A stretch of DNA of 64,000 nucleotides, from assembly GCA_964622975.1 (NCBI GenBank), contig CAZUTA010000014.1:3267-67266 (forward strand). The letters are read 5' to 3'. A program made the position numbers and the translations under genes. Shown here in pieces: positions 37,904 to 48,940 of this stretch (the stretch's first letter is position 1; each line of letters starts with the position of its first letter). The notes beneath the pieces were generated by a model that saw only the letters and a list, made by a program, of their open reading frames with translations, was not told the origin of the DNA and searched no databases. The DNA comes from an uncultured Bacteriovoracaceae bacterium. Lineage in GTDB: Bacteria; Bdellovibrionota; UBA2394.

Positions 37904-38527
37904 TTAATGTCGAGAAAGGTCGATCTCACGAGCGGGAACACCCAAAGCCGTGCGGCCAGCCCGAATATTCTTAACAATTACACTTCCAGCGCCAATGGTC
38001 GCCCATTCGCCTATGTCCATAAAAGGCTTTGCTTTTGAGCCGACTCCAAGGAGCGATCCCTCGCCAACCTTCACACCTCCCGATAAGACACAACCCGGAG
38101 CGATATGCGCAAAATCAGCAATCTGGCAGTCATGATCAATCGACGCCGAAGTGTTGATAATACAGTGCTCTCCAATCACAACATCTGGCTGAATTACAAC
38201 TCCTGCAAATACGACAGTTCCTCTTCCGATTTTGACACTTGAATGAACAATGGAAGAAGGATGACAGACAGTGAGCCAATTGAGATCGAGCTGGCGGGAG
38301 ACATCCCTTCGTCGTTGATTGTCCCCAATTGCATTGATAGCAAAACAATTCTTAAACTCCGCGCTACGACTGACAGGTCCCATCACTTTGATTCCCAGAA
38401 TTTGTGACCCCCACTTTTCGGGGTTATCATCGAAAGCTGCTGCCACATTAAATCCAGCCGCTTCAAGAGTCGCAATCACAACTTTTGCATGGCCCCCTGC
38501 GCCCACGATGATGACTTCTTTAGACAT
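37904..38527 (-). CDS. PglD/NeuD-family sugar N-acetyltransferase (hexapeptide)
   Basis: Rossmann-like N-domain (IIVGAGGHAKVV) followed by a left-handed beta-helix. Adjacent to PglC-like and PglE-like genes. Confidence 0.75.
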   Translation of the reverse strand: MSKEVIIVGAGGHAKVVIATLEAAGFNVAAAFDDNPEKWGSQILGIKVMGPVSRSAEFKNCFAINAIGDNQRRRDVSRQLDLNWLTVCHPSSIVHSSVKIGRGTVVFAGVVIQPDVVIGEHCIINTSASIDHDCQIADFAHIAPGCVLSGGVKVGEGSLLGVGSKAKPFMDIGEWATIGAGSVIVKNIRAGRTALGVPAREIDLSRH

Positions 38528-39143
38528 GGAACTTACCTCGAACTTCTAGCAGAGAAGGCATCGTCACTTGTCCAGCACTCATGATTCCGTCACGCTTCAA
38601 TACTTTTAGAACAGTGAGCAAAACAATTTTCAGATCGAGGGACAAAGACCAATTTTCAACATACCAAACATCAAAACTGAGTCGTTCATCCCAAGTCACA
38701 GAATTGCGACCATTGACTTGAGCCCAACCCGTAATCCCCGGACGAACCAAGTGTCGCTTGCTCTCCACTTCTGTATACAATGGTAGATACTCGGGAAGAA
38801 GAGGGCGCGGTCCCACTAAACTCATCTCTCCCTTCATCACGTTCCAGAGTTGCGGAAGCTCATCAAGACTGGTCGCTCTCAAAAATCTGCCCCAACTCGT
38901 CATCCGTAAATGATCAGGCAACAGATTCCCTTGTTTGTCCCGTCGGTTATCCATGGTTCTGAGTTTGCACAAATTAAAAATTCTTCCACCAAGTCCGGGC
39001 CGTCTCTGAAAAAAGAAAGGATTGCCTCTAAAACTCAAAGCACTAATCCCTAATGCCAATGCAATCACTGGCAGTGCAAAGACTGCCAAAGCCGATCCCA
39101 GAACCAAATCAAACCCTCGTTTAAGGCTTAGAGATAAACTCAT
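38520..39143 (-). CDS. Monotopic phosphoglycosyl transferase (PglC/WbaP C-terminal 'bacterial sugar transferase' family), initiating enzyme
   Basis: N-terminal re-entrant helix, then RPGLGG, DELPQL and SLVGPRP motifs. Confidence 0.8.
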   Translation of the reverse strand: MSLSLSLKRGFDLVLGSALAVFALPVIALALGISALSFRGNPFFFQRRPGLGGRIFNLCKLRTMDNRRDKQGNLLPDHLRMTSWGRFLRATSLDELPQLWNVMKGEMSLVGPRPLLPEYLPLYTEVESKRHLVRPGITGWAQVNGRNSVTWDERLSFDVWYVENWSLSLDLKIVLLTVLKVLKRDGIMSAGQVTMPSLLEVRGKFHV

Positions 39144-40288
39144 GATCGAAGTCGTGCTCGAAGCCCCTGAATGACACGCTCCTGATCTTCGGCACTCATC
39201 AAAGTCCCCGAAGGCAAGACAACTCCAGTCTCAAAAAGTTGGTCCGAAACACTTTCGGACGACGAAGCTGTATAGTACCGACAATTTTTGAACAAGGGTT
39301 GTCGATGCATGGGTTTCCAAACGCGCCTCGCTTCTATGTCGAGATCAGCCAGCGCAGTGATTATTGCCGCAGGCTTTTTAGTACTGTCCATTGGAAGAGT
39401 CATCACACTGAGCCACCGACTAGAAAACCCTCCCTGAATCTCGGGCATCCACTTCAGATCGCCATTTTCTCTAAATGCTTCCTCGTAAACCGAAAAAATC
39501 TCACGACGTCGCTGCACTCGCTTATCCAATACTTCAAGCTGCCCTCGCCCCAAAGCAGCCAGTAAATTACTCATTCGGTAGTTATATCCTACTTCGCAAT
39601 GCTCATAGTGTGGCACCGGCTCTCTCGACTGTGTTGACCAGAATCTGATTCTTTCAGCGGTCTGACTATCTCGCGCAATCAACGCCCCCCCACCTGATGT
39701 CGTAATGATCTTGTTCCCGTTAAACGAAAGAATCGCAAGGTCACCAAAATTGCCAGATTTTTTGCCGGCATAAGAAGCACCCAATGACTCAGCGGCATCT
39801 TCGAGAATCGCGATTCCATTTTCACGGCAGATTTCTATGAGCTCATTGTAATTTGCACTTTGACCGTAGAGATTTACAATGACTGCAATTCGGGGTCGTA
39901 TTCCCTCTTTTTTAAGTTCCCCCAAAGCTCGTTTAAGAGCTTGAGGACTCATATTCCAAGTTTCAAAATCAGAATCTACAAAAACAGGTGTCGCGCCCTC
40001 GTACAAAATAGGATTCGTACTTCCGACAAATGTGAGGGACGAACAAAGTACATGATCTCCTCGCTGCACACCCAGCGCCTTGAGTGCCAAATGGATCGCT
40101 GCGGTCCCCGAACTCAGAGCTACAACCTCATGGGCGCCAATGTAGGCAGCGAGTTCCTTTTCGAATGCATTGACCTGAGGTCCGAGCGTCGTAATCCAAT
40201 TGCTCTCAAGCGCTTGAATCAAATAGTCCCGCTCCTTGCCCGAAAGATGTGGTGCCGAAAGATAAACTCGTTTGCCCAGATGACTCAA
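39140..40288 (-). CDS. DegT-family sugar aminotransferase (PglE-like)
   Basis: APHLSGKERDYLIQALESNW and the SFNGNKIITTSGGGAL Lys region. Probable TTG start at 40288 preceded by AGGAAGAGG. The ORF is open to 40387, overlapping the upstream gene. Confidence 0.8.
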   Translation of the reverse strand: MSHLGKRVYLSAPHLSGKERDYLIQALESNWITTLGPQVNAFEKELAAYIGAHEVVALSSGTAAIHLALKALGVQRGDHVLCSSLTFVGSTNPILYEGATPVFVDSDFETWNMSPQALKRALGELKKEGIRPRIAVIVNLYGQSANYNELIEICRENGIAILEDAAESLGASYAGKKSGNFGDLAILSFNGNKIITTSGGGALIARDSQTAERIRFWSTQSREPVPHYEHCEVGYNYRMSNLLAALGRGQLEVLDKRVQRRREIFSVYEEAFRENGDLKWMPEIQGGFSSRWLSVMTLPMDSTKKPAAIITALADLDIEARRVWKPMHRQPLFKNCRYYTASSSESVSDQLFETGVVLPSGTLMSAEDQERVIQGLRARLRS

Positions 40289-40310
40289 GCAATACCTCTT
40301 CCTTTGCCGT

Positions 40311-43034
40311 CTATTTAAACGCAGCGATTGTAATGCCCGTTGTTGTCGCAATCTGAAAAATAATCTCTGTAATGTCTTTAGTCGCACTCAACCAAGAAAA
40401 GCGCGTGATATCTTTTGGAACAAAGATTGAGTCCCCTCTTTCGACTTCAACGCTATAAAAATTTCTCAGCAAGAATCCTCGGTTCTGTTGGCGCGAAATA
40501 ACAGAACCATCGGCCCGAATCAAAAAAATGCTTTCTTTATCTCCATTAGATGTGGGCCCACCGGCTTTCTCTAAATAGTACTGAATTGTTTTCCCCGGCA
40601 AAAAAATCATAGCCGTGGGCGTGTAGACTTCTCCCATCACATTGACAGAAGAAGGCGTCGCGGGAATATCAATCAAATCTCCCCCTTCCAGAGGTATATC
40701 AAATCTATTCCCTACGAATGTATTGAGTTCCGAAAAATTTACGACCATGCGGCCAGACGCTTTTACATTTCGCATGTTTTCGAGCAATGCGTTTCGGCTC
40801 GCCGCTGCCGCCATTGTCGCCGCTCGATCCTCCGAGCTCTGAAACTTCAAAGTCGGATTGACGTCCTCTTGCAAAATGGCTGCTTCAAGTCGATCAACCT
40901 GTTCCTTTAGCCCTTTTTGCTGCATTGCCTGCACGGCCTTTCGCGTAAACACCGCTCCCGGCAAAAACGCTCGGGGGGTGTATCCTCCTGCACGCTTAAT
41001 GATTGCGCTAATGCGCTCCCCAGGCACGAACGAATAAGTGCCAGGAAACTTTACTTCTCCAAGGACCTGTACCGTATTGTTGATCTCGAAGTTTTGAACT
41101 CCTTGAATGAGAATCTTATCTCGAGGCATCAACTCAGGATTGTTGAGGGGTGGAGATGAAATCACTTCTTTTAAATTCACCTGAAGGCGCTCAACCTTAA
41201 AGTCGTCTCCCACTTCAGAATACCGAGCAATTTCTGCAGTCGCTAAATTGGCATCACGAGTTAAATTGCCAGCCATATACAATAAGTCTCGAAGCTTCAT
41301 CCCCTGAAAATAATAATAGGCTCCTGGCTTATTCACTCGCCCAGCAATGGACACTCTCTCTCGAAGATCGAGCTCCGCTTTGCTAAAGACCACCACCTCA
41401 TCTCGTTCCAAAAGCTCGAGGTTTTCGGATGCATCTCCATTCAAGAGATTCTCCAAATTGACAAACAAGGATTGCTTTTCATCGCGGGGAGGAACGGTTC
41501 TTAAAATTTGAATATATTTTGTGTATGGTTCGGGCAGCAAAATCTCAAAATTTGGAATCACTTCCAAAACTTTCAGCCCCGGTCGCCATTCAAAGGCTCC
41601 AGGCCTGCGAACATGCCCACGCAAAAATACCGTCTTTCGAATTTCTGAGAGAACGGGGAATATTTTGACAATATCACCATCAATCAGTCTCTCTCTAAGG
41701 TCACCCTTCATAGCTTCTTCAAAAGTCAAATTTTGAACATTGGGAGGGAGGACAAAATCCTTTGTGACTCGCTCTTTATTCTGTTGGACGCGCTCCAAAG
41801 ACAAACGGCCCGCATACCCAGAAAACGAAAGTCCTCCACTCAACTGCAAAATATCAAATAGATTCGTATCCTCAGTAAGTTCATAGATTGCAGGGCGCCG
41901 GACTCCTCCCGTCACAGCTGCCACATCGCGGAGGACAGGAATCAAAATGACATCGTGGGGCTGCAAATCAATGGAGGCTGTTTGGCCTTTCGTCAGAAAA
42001 TTATAAAGATCGACTTTATGAGCGGTTTTATTGGCTCGAACAATTTCGAGTCGTCGCAAGCTTCCAGATTTTTTTACCCCACCCGCCTGAACAAGTGCAT
42101 TTACAATTCCAGCAGTCGCAGGAACGAAGTACATTCCCGGAGTTTCCACTTCACCGACGACATAAAGTGGAATGTTGCGCGCTGTTTCCAAACTCAGGCG
42201 CATCTTGATCCCGTTATAAGAAGAATTGAGTCTCTTTAGGACTACATCTCCGGCATCTTTAAGAGTTTTGCCCGCAACCTTAATGGCTCCGACTCGGGGC
42301 AGAAACACTGTGCCATCTTTTTTAACGCTCAAATAAACCGAAAAACTGTTGGAGCCCCAAGCCACAAGATAAAGTTCATCGCCTGGCCCGACAATGTAAT
42401 CAGGGCCAGCGGGGGCCTCAGCAAAAAAGTTCCTCGCCTGCTCCTGACGATCGTCTGAGTCCTCTGTAGTTCGAGGGAGAAAGGCTTCGTATCCAAACTG
42501 TTTAAAGTCTCTAAACAATTCGAGAGGAAACTTGCCAAGGAGAACCTCTTCAACTTTTGATAACTTTTGAGAAGCGGGCTTTTCAAACAGATCCCCATCC
42601 TCAAATTCTTCACTCTCTACCAAATTGGTGGGTCGCTCTTTGGGAGTTTGAGCGGCCTCTGGCAAAATAGGGTCTAAGACTCCTTCGTCTCTGTACTGTT
42701 GCTTGAGTAAATCGGCATCTCGCACAAGCTCAGTCGCTTCATCACGAATCTTCAACTCTTCTGACAGATCTCGCTTCTCACCTTGCAAGGAGGCCTTGTC
42801 TTGTCTCGCCCGATTTTTTTTCTCTTTTACTAGAACTTGTCCCTTGCGCTTTGATTCATAGGGCCCATTCGGTCCAAGAGCATTCGCTGCTCCAGAGGCA
42901 TCTCGCTGCACTGTCTCTGAAGATGTCCCTGAATTGGAATGAATATTTGAAGGTTCTGACTGAGCAAAAACGCTCAGTCCTGGCAAAAGTAAGCTGAGAA
43001 ACAACCCCCTAAAGAACATAGCAAAGGCTATCAC
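40311..43034 (-). CDS. Outer-membrane polysaccharide export (OPX, Wza/KpsD-like) protein with Poly_export plus multiple SLBB domains
   Basis: Signal peptide, PDYIVGPGDELYL Poly_export motif, repeated beta-grasp SLBB-like segments, 907 aa. Confidence 0.65.
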   Translation of the reverse strand: MIAFAMFFRGLFLSLLLPGLSVFAQSEPSNIHSNSGTSSETVQRDASGAANALGPNGPYESKRKGQVLVKEKKNRARQDKASLQGEKRDLSEELKIRDEATELVRDADLLKQQYRDEGVLDPILPEAAQTPKERPTNLVESEEFEDGDLFEKPASQKLSKVEEVLLGKFPLELFRDFKQFGYEAFLPRTTEDSDDRQEQARNFFAEAPAGPDYIVGPGDELYLVAWGSNSFSVYLSVKKDGTVFLPRVGAIKVAGKTLKDAGDVVLKRLNSSYNGIKMRLSLETARNIPLYVVGEVETPGMYFVPATAGIVNALVQAGGVKKSGSLRRLEIVRANKTAHKVDLYNFLTKGQTASIDLQPHDVILIPVLRDVAAVTGGVRRPAIYELTEDTNLFDILQLSGGLSFSGYAGRLSLERVQQNKERVTKDFVLPPNVQNLTFEEAMKGDLRERLIDGDIVKIFPVLSEIRKTVFLRGHVRRPGAFEWRPGLKVLEVIPNFEILLPEPYTKYIQILRTVPPRDEKQSLFVNLENLLNGDASENLELLERDEVVVFSKAELDLRERVSIAGRVNKPGAYYYFQGMKLRDLLYMAGNLTRDANLATAEIARYSEVGDDFKVERLQVNLKEVISSPPLNNPELMPRDKILIQGVQNFEINNTVQVLGEVKFPGTYSFVPGERISAIIKRAGGYTPRAFLPGAVFTRKAVQAMQQKGLKEQVDRLEAAILQEDVNPTLKFQSSEDRAATMAAAASRNALLENMRNVKASGRMVVNFSELNTFVGNRFDIPLEGGDLIDIPATPSSVNVMGEVYTPTAMIFLPGKTIQYYLEKAGGPTSNGDKESIFLIRADGSVISRQQNRGFLLRNFYSVEVERGDSIFVPKDITRFSWLSATKDITEIIFQIATTTGITIAAFK

Positions 43035-43043
43035 TGCGCTGCT

Positions 43044-44978
43044 TTAGCCGGCAACCTGAAACGCCTCCGACTGTGTGCTAGGGCTTGCAGGGATTTTATG
43101 GCGCCGTGCGGCCAATTGCGTTTTGAGGTCCCGATCAATCCCATCTACGAGTACCTTAAGATACTCGGCGGCATTTTTTGGCTCCCTATCGACACAATCC
43201 ACCAAATTCGTCAGTGCGGCCTGCGAAACTTCGCCTCGCAAGTCTGGCTTAAGAACAAAAACTTTCTCGACCCCGGTCCTTAAAACATCGTCGGATTCCC
43301 AGGCGAGCTCCTCTGCCAACTTCTCACCTTCTTTAAGCCCAGTATAAACAATGCTCAATCCTCGAGCCCCTCTGGGATCAGCCAATTCAATCATGCGACG
43401 AGCCAGTTGATCGACTTTCACAGGCTGCCCCATATCAAGCATGTAGATGTTTCCCGTGCTTCCATGAGTACTCGCATGCAAAACTAACTCAACCGCCTCA
43501 GGAGCTGTCATAAAAAATCGAGTTGCCTCTTTATCTGTCACTGTCAGAGGCGCACCTCTCCGGATCTGTTCTCTAAAAATTTGCACAGCTGAGCCACTGC
43601 TCCCCAGGACATTTCCAAAGCGAACCGAGATGACCTCTACGCCTTCATCCGCTTTGGCCTGGCAAACCATTTCCGCTAGCCGTTTCGAATACCCCATCAC
43701 ACTCTTAGGATTTACCGCTTTGTCTGTTGAAATATTCACAAACTTCTCCACGCAACCAGAAGCAATCGCTTTATCGAGTAAGATCTTCGTACCCAAAACG
43801 TTATTCTTTACGGCCTGCCGAGAGTTGACCTGCATCATTCCCACATGTTTGTAAGCCGCTGCATGATATAGAAGTTTTGGTGCATAACTCTTGAACGCAT
43901 AGTCCAGAGCGGTTTCATCCAGAATATCGCCAATCATGGCCACGATTTTTGACTGAGGAAACTTTTCTCGAAGCTCTCTCTCAATATAAAATAAATTCTC
44001 TTCTGAGCGTTCAAACAAAATTAATTGAGCTGGGTTGAAGGTGAGGACCTGACGGCACAATTCCGAGCCAATCGAGCCCCCCGCACCGGTGACCATTACC
44101 GTTCTGCCCACAATCTCTTGCGCCGTTCGAGATTTGTTAAGTCTAATCGGCTCTCGCCCCAATAAATCTTCAACCTCCACTTCTCGAAGCTGATGAATCT
44201 GATGCCCCTGCTCGATCATTTCTTTCAATGAAGGGATTGTTTTGAACGAAACACCTGAAGCTATACAAAGTTTAACGATGCGATCCAACTGCTCCTTTTG
44301 AAGCGAAGGAATGGCGATATAAACTTCATTGATCGCATGTTCCTTGGCCAATCCAACTAAGGATCCAATATCGCCAAGAACTGGTACTTCCACAAATCGA
44401 GCGCGCGTTTTTGTTCGATCATCATCCAAAAAACCGACGACATGGATCTCTAGTTTAGCGCTCGCCTGAAGAGCCTTGACGAGCGAAATCCCCGCATCAC
44501 CGGCCCCGACAACAAGCACTCTTTTGTCGGACTGCCGCCTAAAGTTATCTCGAAGAGAAGTGCGTTCACGCAAAACTCGAACCCCCAGGCGTATCCCGCA
44601 CTTCAGACCGACAGTAATAACAAAATCTAAAACAATGACTGCTCTCGAAAAAAACTCAAACGATAAGGACTGAATCAAAAAAATCAACACGGCAGCAAAA
44701 GCCATGCCGGCGATGATTCGCTTTACATCACCAACACTCGTGTATTTCCACCAGCCGTGATTCAAATGAAACAGCCGATTCAACGGAAGCTTTACCAGGA
44801 GGGCTATAGGTAAAAACTTTATGAAGTCATCCCACCTTGCAAAGAACTCCATCTCAAATCTTAAAAGATGAGCGAGTGCAGCAGCGGCGCAAATAATTGC
44901 CACCTGCAGCGCGAGGGACACCAGCTTACGGTAGCGAATGGTCGCATCAATAAATTGGATTAGAAATCGTCCCAACAC
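43044..44978 (-). CDS. Membrane-anchored UDP-GlcNAc 4,6-dehydratase (PglF/WbpM/CapD family)
   Basis: Four N-terminal TM helices, two Rossmann regions (VLVVGAGDAG; VMVTGAGGSIGSEL) and the CapD polysacc_synt_2 core. Confidence 0.85.
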   Translation of the reverse strand: MLGRFLIQFIDATIRYRKLVSLALQVAIICAAAALAHLLRFEMEFFARWDDFIKFLPIALLVKLPLNRLFHLNHGWWKYTSVGDVKRIIAGMAFAAVLIFLIQSLSFEFFSRAVIVLDFVITVGLKCGIRLGVRVLRERTSLRDNFRRQSDKRVLVVGAGDAGISLVKALQASAKLEIHVVGFLDDDRTKTRARFVEVPVLGDIGSLVGLAKEHAINEVYIAIPSLQKEQLDRIVKLCIASGVSFKTIPSLKEMIEQGHQIHQLREVEVEDLLGREPIRLNKSRTAQEIVGRTVMVTGAGGSIGSELCRQVLTFNPAQLILFERSEENLFYIERELREKFPQSKIVAMIGDILDETALDYAFKSYAPKLLYHAAAYKHVGMMQVNSRQAVKNNVLGTKILLDKAIASGCVEKFVNISTDKAVNPKSVMGYSKRLAEMVCQAKADEGVEVISVRFGNVLGSSGSAVQIFREQIRRGAPLTVTDKEATRFFMTAPEAVELVLHASTHGSTGNIYMLDMGQPVKVDQLARRMIELADPRGARGLSIVYTGLKEGEKLAEELAWESDDVLRTGVEKVFVLKPDLRGEVSQAALTNLVDCVDREPKNAAEYLKVLVDGIDRDLKTQLAARRHKIPASPSTQSEAFQVAG

Positions 44979-45105
44979 CTACCCTCCAACCCTGTCTCAG
45001 AACTTCAACCTAGCAAGTAACGGGCGAGAGGTCACGCTCGAGCTTCAAAAGAAACAAGTTCCTATTGGGCGGAGCATAGAACATGAGGCAATCTAAGGAC
45101 GCTTT

Positions 45106-45984
45106 ATGTTAGATCAACGGCGGAAAATTCTACTCTTGGGATCGACTGGACAGGTAGGCCATGAGCTTAAACGCCTCCTCACACCGCTCGCAGAACTGAC
45201 CGCAATGACTCGATCTGATTTCCATCATGAGTCTCCCGATGAAGTTGAAAGAGTCTTAACCAGCCTCAGGCCGGACATCATCATTAATGCAGCGGCTTAT
45301 ACGCAAGTAGAACAGGCCGAGATTGATCCCCATTCTGCAACGCAAATGAATACAATATTGCCAGAATGCTTGGCCGCATTTTGCCGCCGTCGATCAAGTC
45401 TTCTTGTTCACTATTCCACAGACTATGTTTTCGACGGTTCTAAAAATTCTCCCTACTTGGAGTCCGATCAGACCAATCCACTCAACGTCTATGGCAAGAC
45501 AAAATTGGAGGGAGAAGTAAGGATAGTCAATTCTGGTTGTCGTGCGATCACCTTACGAACGAGCTCTGTATTTTTAAATCGCGGTCGCAACTTTGTGCTT
45601 ACGATTCTGAAACTCGCTGGCACTAAAGACGAAATACCCGTGGTTTCTGACCAAACAATGTGTCCGACGAGCGCTTCCCAAATCGCACAAGCGACTTGCG
45701 AAATTCTCAATCGGGATTCTCCGCCGTTAAACGGAATCTTTCACGTGACCTCGCCAGATACTGCAACTTGGTTTGAATTTGCCGAGGAGATTTTAAAACA
45801 AGCAGCGCCGTATTTGAAAAATATCCCCAAAGTCAGAGCGATCATGACATCTCAGTATCCCTCAAACCTCAAACGCCCACTCTATACTGTTTTAAGTTCT
45901 GAAAGGATAAAGAGAGAGTTCAATATCAAACTCCCTTCCTGGAAACTTCAGTTAAGTAAGGTAATCGGAGAGATCTTCCAATGA
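45106..45984 (+). CDS. rmlD: dTDP-4-dehydrorhamnose reductase
   Basis: KILLLGSTGQVGHEL motif plus RmlD length and overall architecture. Confidence 0.85.
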   Translation: MLDQRRKILLLGSTGQVGHELKRLLTPLAELTAMTRSDFHHESPDEVERVLTSLRPDIIINAAAYTQVEQAEIDPHSATQMNTILPECLAAFCRRRSSLLVHYSTDYVFDGSKNSPYLESDQTNPLNVYGKTKLEGEVRIVNSGCRAITLRTSSVFLNRGRNFVLTILKLAGTKDEIPVVSDQTMCPTSASQIAQATCEILNRDSPPLNGIFHVTSPDTATWFEFAEEILKQAAPYLKNIPKVRAIMTSQYPSNLKRPLYTVLSSERIKREFNIKLPSWKLQLSKVIGEIFQ

Positions 45985-46535
45985 TACAAGTGGAAAAAAC
46001 AGAGTTTACAGATCTATGGGTGTTAAAGACTGAACGTTTCGGCGATCTAAGAGGTTTTTTTTCCGAGGTCTTTAATGCGACAGAATACCAAGCCCTCGGC
46101 CTGCCCTCTCAATTTGCCAATATTAGCATTTCGCACTCAGCGCCCAACGTTTTGCGAGGACTTCACTATCAATTAGCCCCAGCTCAAGGAAAAATCGTCA
46201 GCGTCGTCGCAGGAAGAATTTTTGATGTTGTTGTGGATCTTCGAAAGAATTCGCCCACTTTTAAAAAGTGGCTTTCTTTCAGCCTTTCAAGCGATACCCC
46301 AAAGCATTTGTGGATCCCTCCGGGCTTTGCTCATGGATTTTGTAATACCGAGAACACTCCGGCAACAGTGCTCTATTTTATTGACCAACCCTATTCTCCC
46401 GGATCCGAGCGAGGAATCCGCTATGACGATACTACTTTGCAAATCCCCTGGCCGCTTTCTCACCCCATCGTCTCGCAAAGAGATCAGAGTTTCTCTACGA
46501 TTTCATCTTCCGAATTTTTATCGTTCGGCGCGTGA
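45981..46535 (+). CDS. rmlC: dTDP-4-dehydrorhamnose 3,5-epimerase
   Basis: FGDLRGFFSE...RGLHYQ cupin motifs. 4-nt overlap with rmlD. Confidence 0.85.
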   Translation: MIQVEKTEFTDLWVLKTERFGDLRGFFSEVFNATEYQALGLPSQFANISISHSAPNVLRGLHYQLAPAQGKIVSVVAGRIFDVVVDLRKNSPTFKKWLSFSLSSDTPKHLWIPPGFAHGFCNTENTPATVLYFIDQPYSPGSERGIRYDDTTLQIPWPLSHPIVSQRDQSFSTISSSEFLSFGA

Positions 46536-47705
46536 GAGCATTTGCTCATAAATCTGCAAATATCTCTGAGACGCTTTGGTTGAAGAAAAATAGTCTCCTG
46601 CCAACGCTCGACAACGCTCAGAGACTTTGGGGTCTTCGAGCAATTCTAAGAATTGAGCAACGCCAGCCTTAATTGATTCTAAATTAAAATCTTCAATGCA
46701 AACTCCCACTCGGTGATCCCGCACAAGCCTTTCCACGTCACCCACCCTGGTATTCGTTAACACCGGGACTCCCACAGACATGAGTTCACCAAGCTTGGTA
46801 GGGCAAGAGGCGACCTTTGAAAACGTCTGCTTCACAAAAAACAGAGCTCCATTCAACTGATCAAGCTCTCTGGGGATCTCGGAATAGGCCACAGCTCTCA
46901 CTTCTGAAACGTCTGCCAATCCGGCATTTGTAATATCAGTCAGAATTGATCCCGTTCGATCTCGATTGAGAAACAAAAATCGTGCTTCTGGCCGCAAGAG
47001 ATGAATCTGCTGAAAAGCCTTTAAGGCAGCATCAAAATCATAGGAAAAAGAGGCCGAGCCCACGTATCCAATTTTAAAAGTCGAGAGCGTTCTTGATGAT
47101 GTATGACGAAATCGATCTTGCTTCACACATGTCGGAATCACCACCGTCTTATCTTTCGGAAGGTAATCTAAGCTGGCAAAGCTGAGCGTAACGTTTTGAT
47201 TTGCCCAGAGAGGCATTCGTCTTTCGAGCGATTTCAAAATCTTATAGCGAAGCGAATCTCGGGCCCAGGCTCCGCCATCGACCTTCTCGTCGGTCCAAAA
47301 TCCCCGCATATCAAACAGCCACTTCACTCCCAACAGCTGCAGTCCACGACCGATGATTGAAGGAATAAATCCCCGCGTATGCACAATCTTTACGCGTGAG
47401 CTCAAACAGATTCTTACAGCCATCAAGATTCCGAGCGTGATATCAAAAGCGGATGCCAGAAGTCGGGGGCGACGATGGTAACGCAAAAAATGCCAAGAAA
47501 TTCCTGCGGATTTGACTCTCATTTGCATTGCGGCCAATCGTTCCTTCTCAGAAAGGTCCGTTGGCTTCTCAAAGGTCAGCAAATGGACCCTGAGCTGAGG
47601 ATCGAAACTACACATCTCTTCTAGGTAAACAAGAATCTGGGACTCCCCCAAGGGCTCCAGAATTCCATCGAGCGAAATATAGAGACTATGCTTAAGGCCC
47701 CTCAC
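46518..47705 (-). CDS. Glycosyltransferase family 4
   Basis: GT-B fold with C-terminal GVPVLTNTRVGDVERLV donor-binding segment. Confidence 0.55.
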   Translation of the reverse strand: MRGLKHSLYISLDGILEPLGESQILVYLEEMCSFDPQLRVHLLTFEKPTDLSEKERLAAMQMRVKSAGISWHFLRYHRRPRLLASAFDITLGILMAVRICLSSRVKIVHTRGFIPSIIGRGLQLLGVKWLFDMRGFWTDEKVDGGAWARDSLRYKILKSLERRMPLWANQNVTLSFASLDYLPKDKTVVIPTCVKQDRFRHTSSRTLSTFKIGYVGSASFSYDFDAALKAFQQIHLLRPEARFLFLNRDRTGSILTDITNAGLADVSEVRAVAYSEIPRELDQLNGALFFVKQTFSKVASCPTKLGELMSVGVPVLTNTRVGDVERLVRDHRVGVCIEDFNLESIKAGVAQFLELLEDPKVSERCRALAGDYFSSTKASQRYLQIYEQMLSRAER

Positions 47706-47839
47706 TGAGCCGAAAGCTAAATCCCGAAGCCCTAAATGTGAAGAAAATTCCGCCCCTAGGGCAATCTTAATGACAGATGACTATTCGGATGACTTGCTTT
47801 TTTAATTTAGAGATTCTGCTCACTGGTGGAGGCCACGAA

Positions 47840-48940
47840 ATGACTGCAGAGCGCCCAAAAAGTTCAGCTTTGATTGTGACCGGTGGCGCGGGATTCATCG
47901 GGTCCGAAGCAGTGCGATTTATTCTAAACGAAACAAACTATGACGTCGTGGTGATTGATAAACTCACTTACGCGGGACGCTTGGAGAATCTAGAGACCGT
48001 TCGAGACAACGCTCGCTTTCATTTTTATAAATCAGATATTTCAGACTCAAAGTCGGTGGAAAGAATTTTTTATGAGCATCGTCCGGTAGGGGTTCTCCAT
48101 TTGGCAGCTGAATCCCATGTGGATCGTTCGATCGATGGCCCTGAAGCCTTTGTGGATACCAATATTGTAGGAACATTCAGACTTCTACAGATGGCGAGGC
48201 AGTATTGTGAAACAGCGCACCCCCAAACATTCAAATTTGTTCACGTCTCCACAGACGAAGTCTTTGGCTCCCTTGAGATGGAGAATGCATTTTTTGATGA
48301 GCATTCACCTTACGATCCGCGCTCTCCCTACTCTGCATCAAAGGCTGCTTCTGACCACCTGGTGAGAGCGTTTGGTCACACATATAAAATCCCCGTGGTC
48401 ATTACCAACTGCGGGAATAACTACGGACCTTTTCAATTTCCCGAAAAGCTTGTTCCCGTAGTCATCCTCAATGCCATCAATGAGAAGCCCATTCCCGTCT
48501 ATGGTGAAGGCACAAACGTCAGAGATTGGATTTATGTAACTGATCATGTGCGCGGAATCATTAGCGCCTTCGAAAGTGGAAGTGCGGGACAGACTTACCT
48601 TTTTGGTGGAGGGACGCCCACCAACAATCTCACGCTTGTGAAGGAAATCTGTACAATCCTCGATGGATTAAAACCAAGACACAATCACCGCTCTTATGCA
48701 GAGCTCATTCAATTCGTGCGGGATAGACCTGGACATGATTTTCGCTATGCCATTGATTTTACAAAGACGACTCGAGAGCTCCAGTGGAGCCCGAAGGAAT
48801 CTCTTTCGACTGCCCTCAAAAAAACTGTGGGATGGTATTTGGGCAACTTAAATTGGTGCGATCAAGTCTCCGACAAGTCCTATCTTAATCGACTCGGTCT
48901 CCAAGTCAGTTCAGTACAGGATTCGCAGAGAACTCTATGA
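47840..48940 (+). CDS. rmlB: dTDP-glucose 4,6-dehydratase
   Basis: GGAGG lies 7 nt upstream of ATG 47840. [26 protein letters not shown] (YxxxK). Confidence 0.85.
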   Translation: MTAERPKSSALIVTGGAGFIGSEAVRFILNETNYDVVVIDKLTYAGRLENLETVRDNARFHFYKSDISDSKSVERIFYEHRPVGVLHLAAESHVDRSIDGPEAFVDTNIVGTFRLLQMARQYCETAHPQTFKFVHVSTDEVFGSLEMENAFFDEHSPYDPRSPYSASKAASDHLVRAFGHTYKIPVVITNCGNNYGPFQFPEKLVPVVILNAINEKPIPVYGEGTNVRDWIYVTDHVRGIISAFESGSAGQTYLFGGGTPTNNLTLVKEICTILDGLKPRHNHRSYAELIQFVRDRPGHDFRYAIDFTKTTRELQWSPKESLSTALKKTVGWYLGNLNWCDQVSDKSYLNRLGLQVSSVQDSQRTL

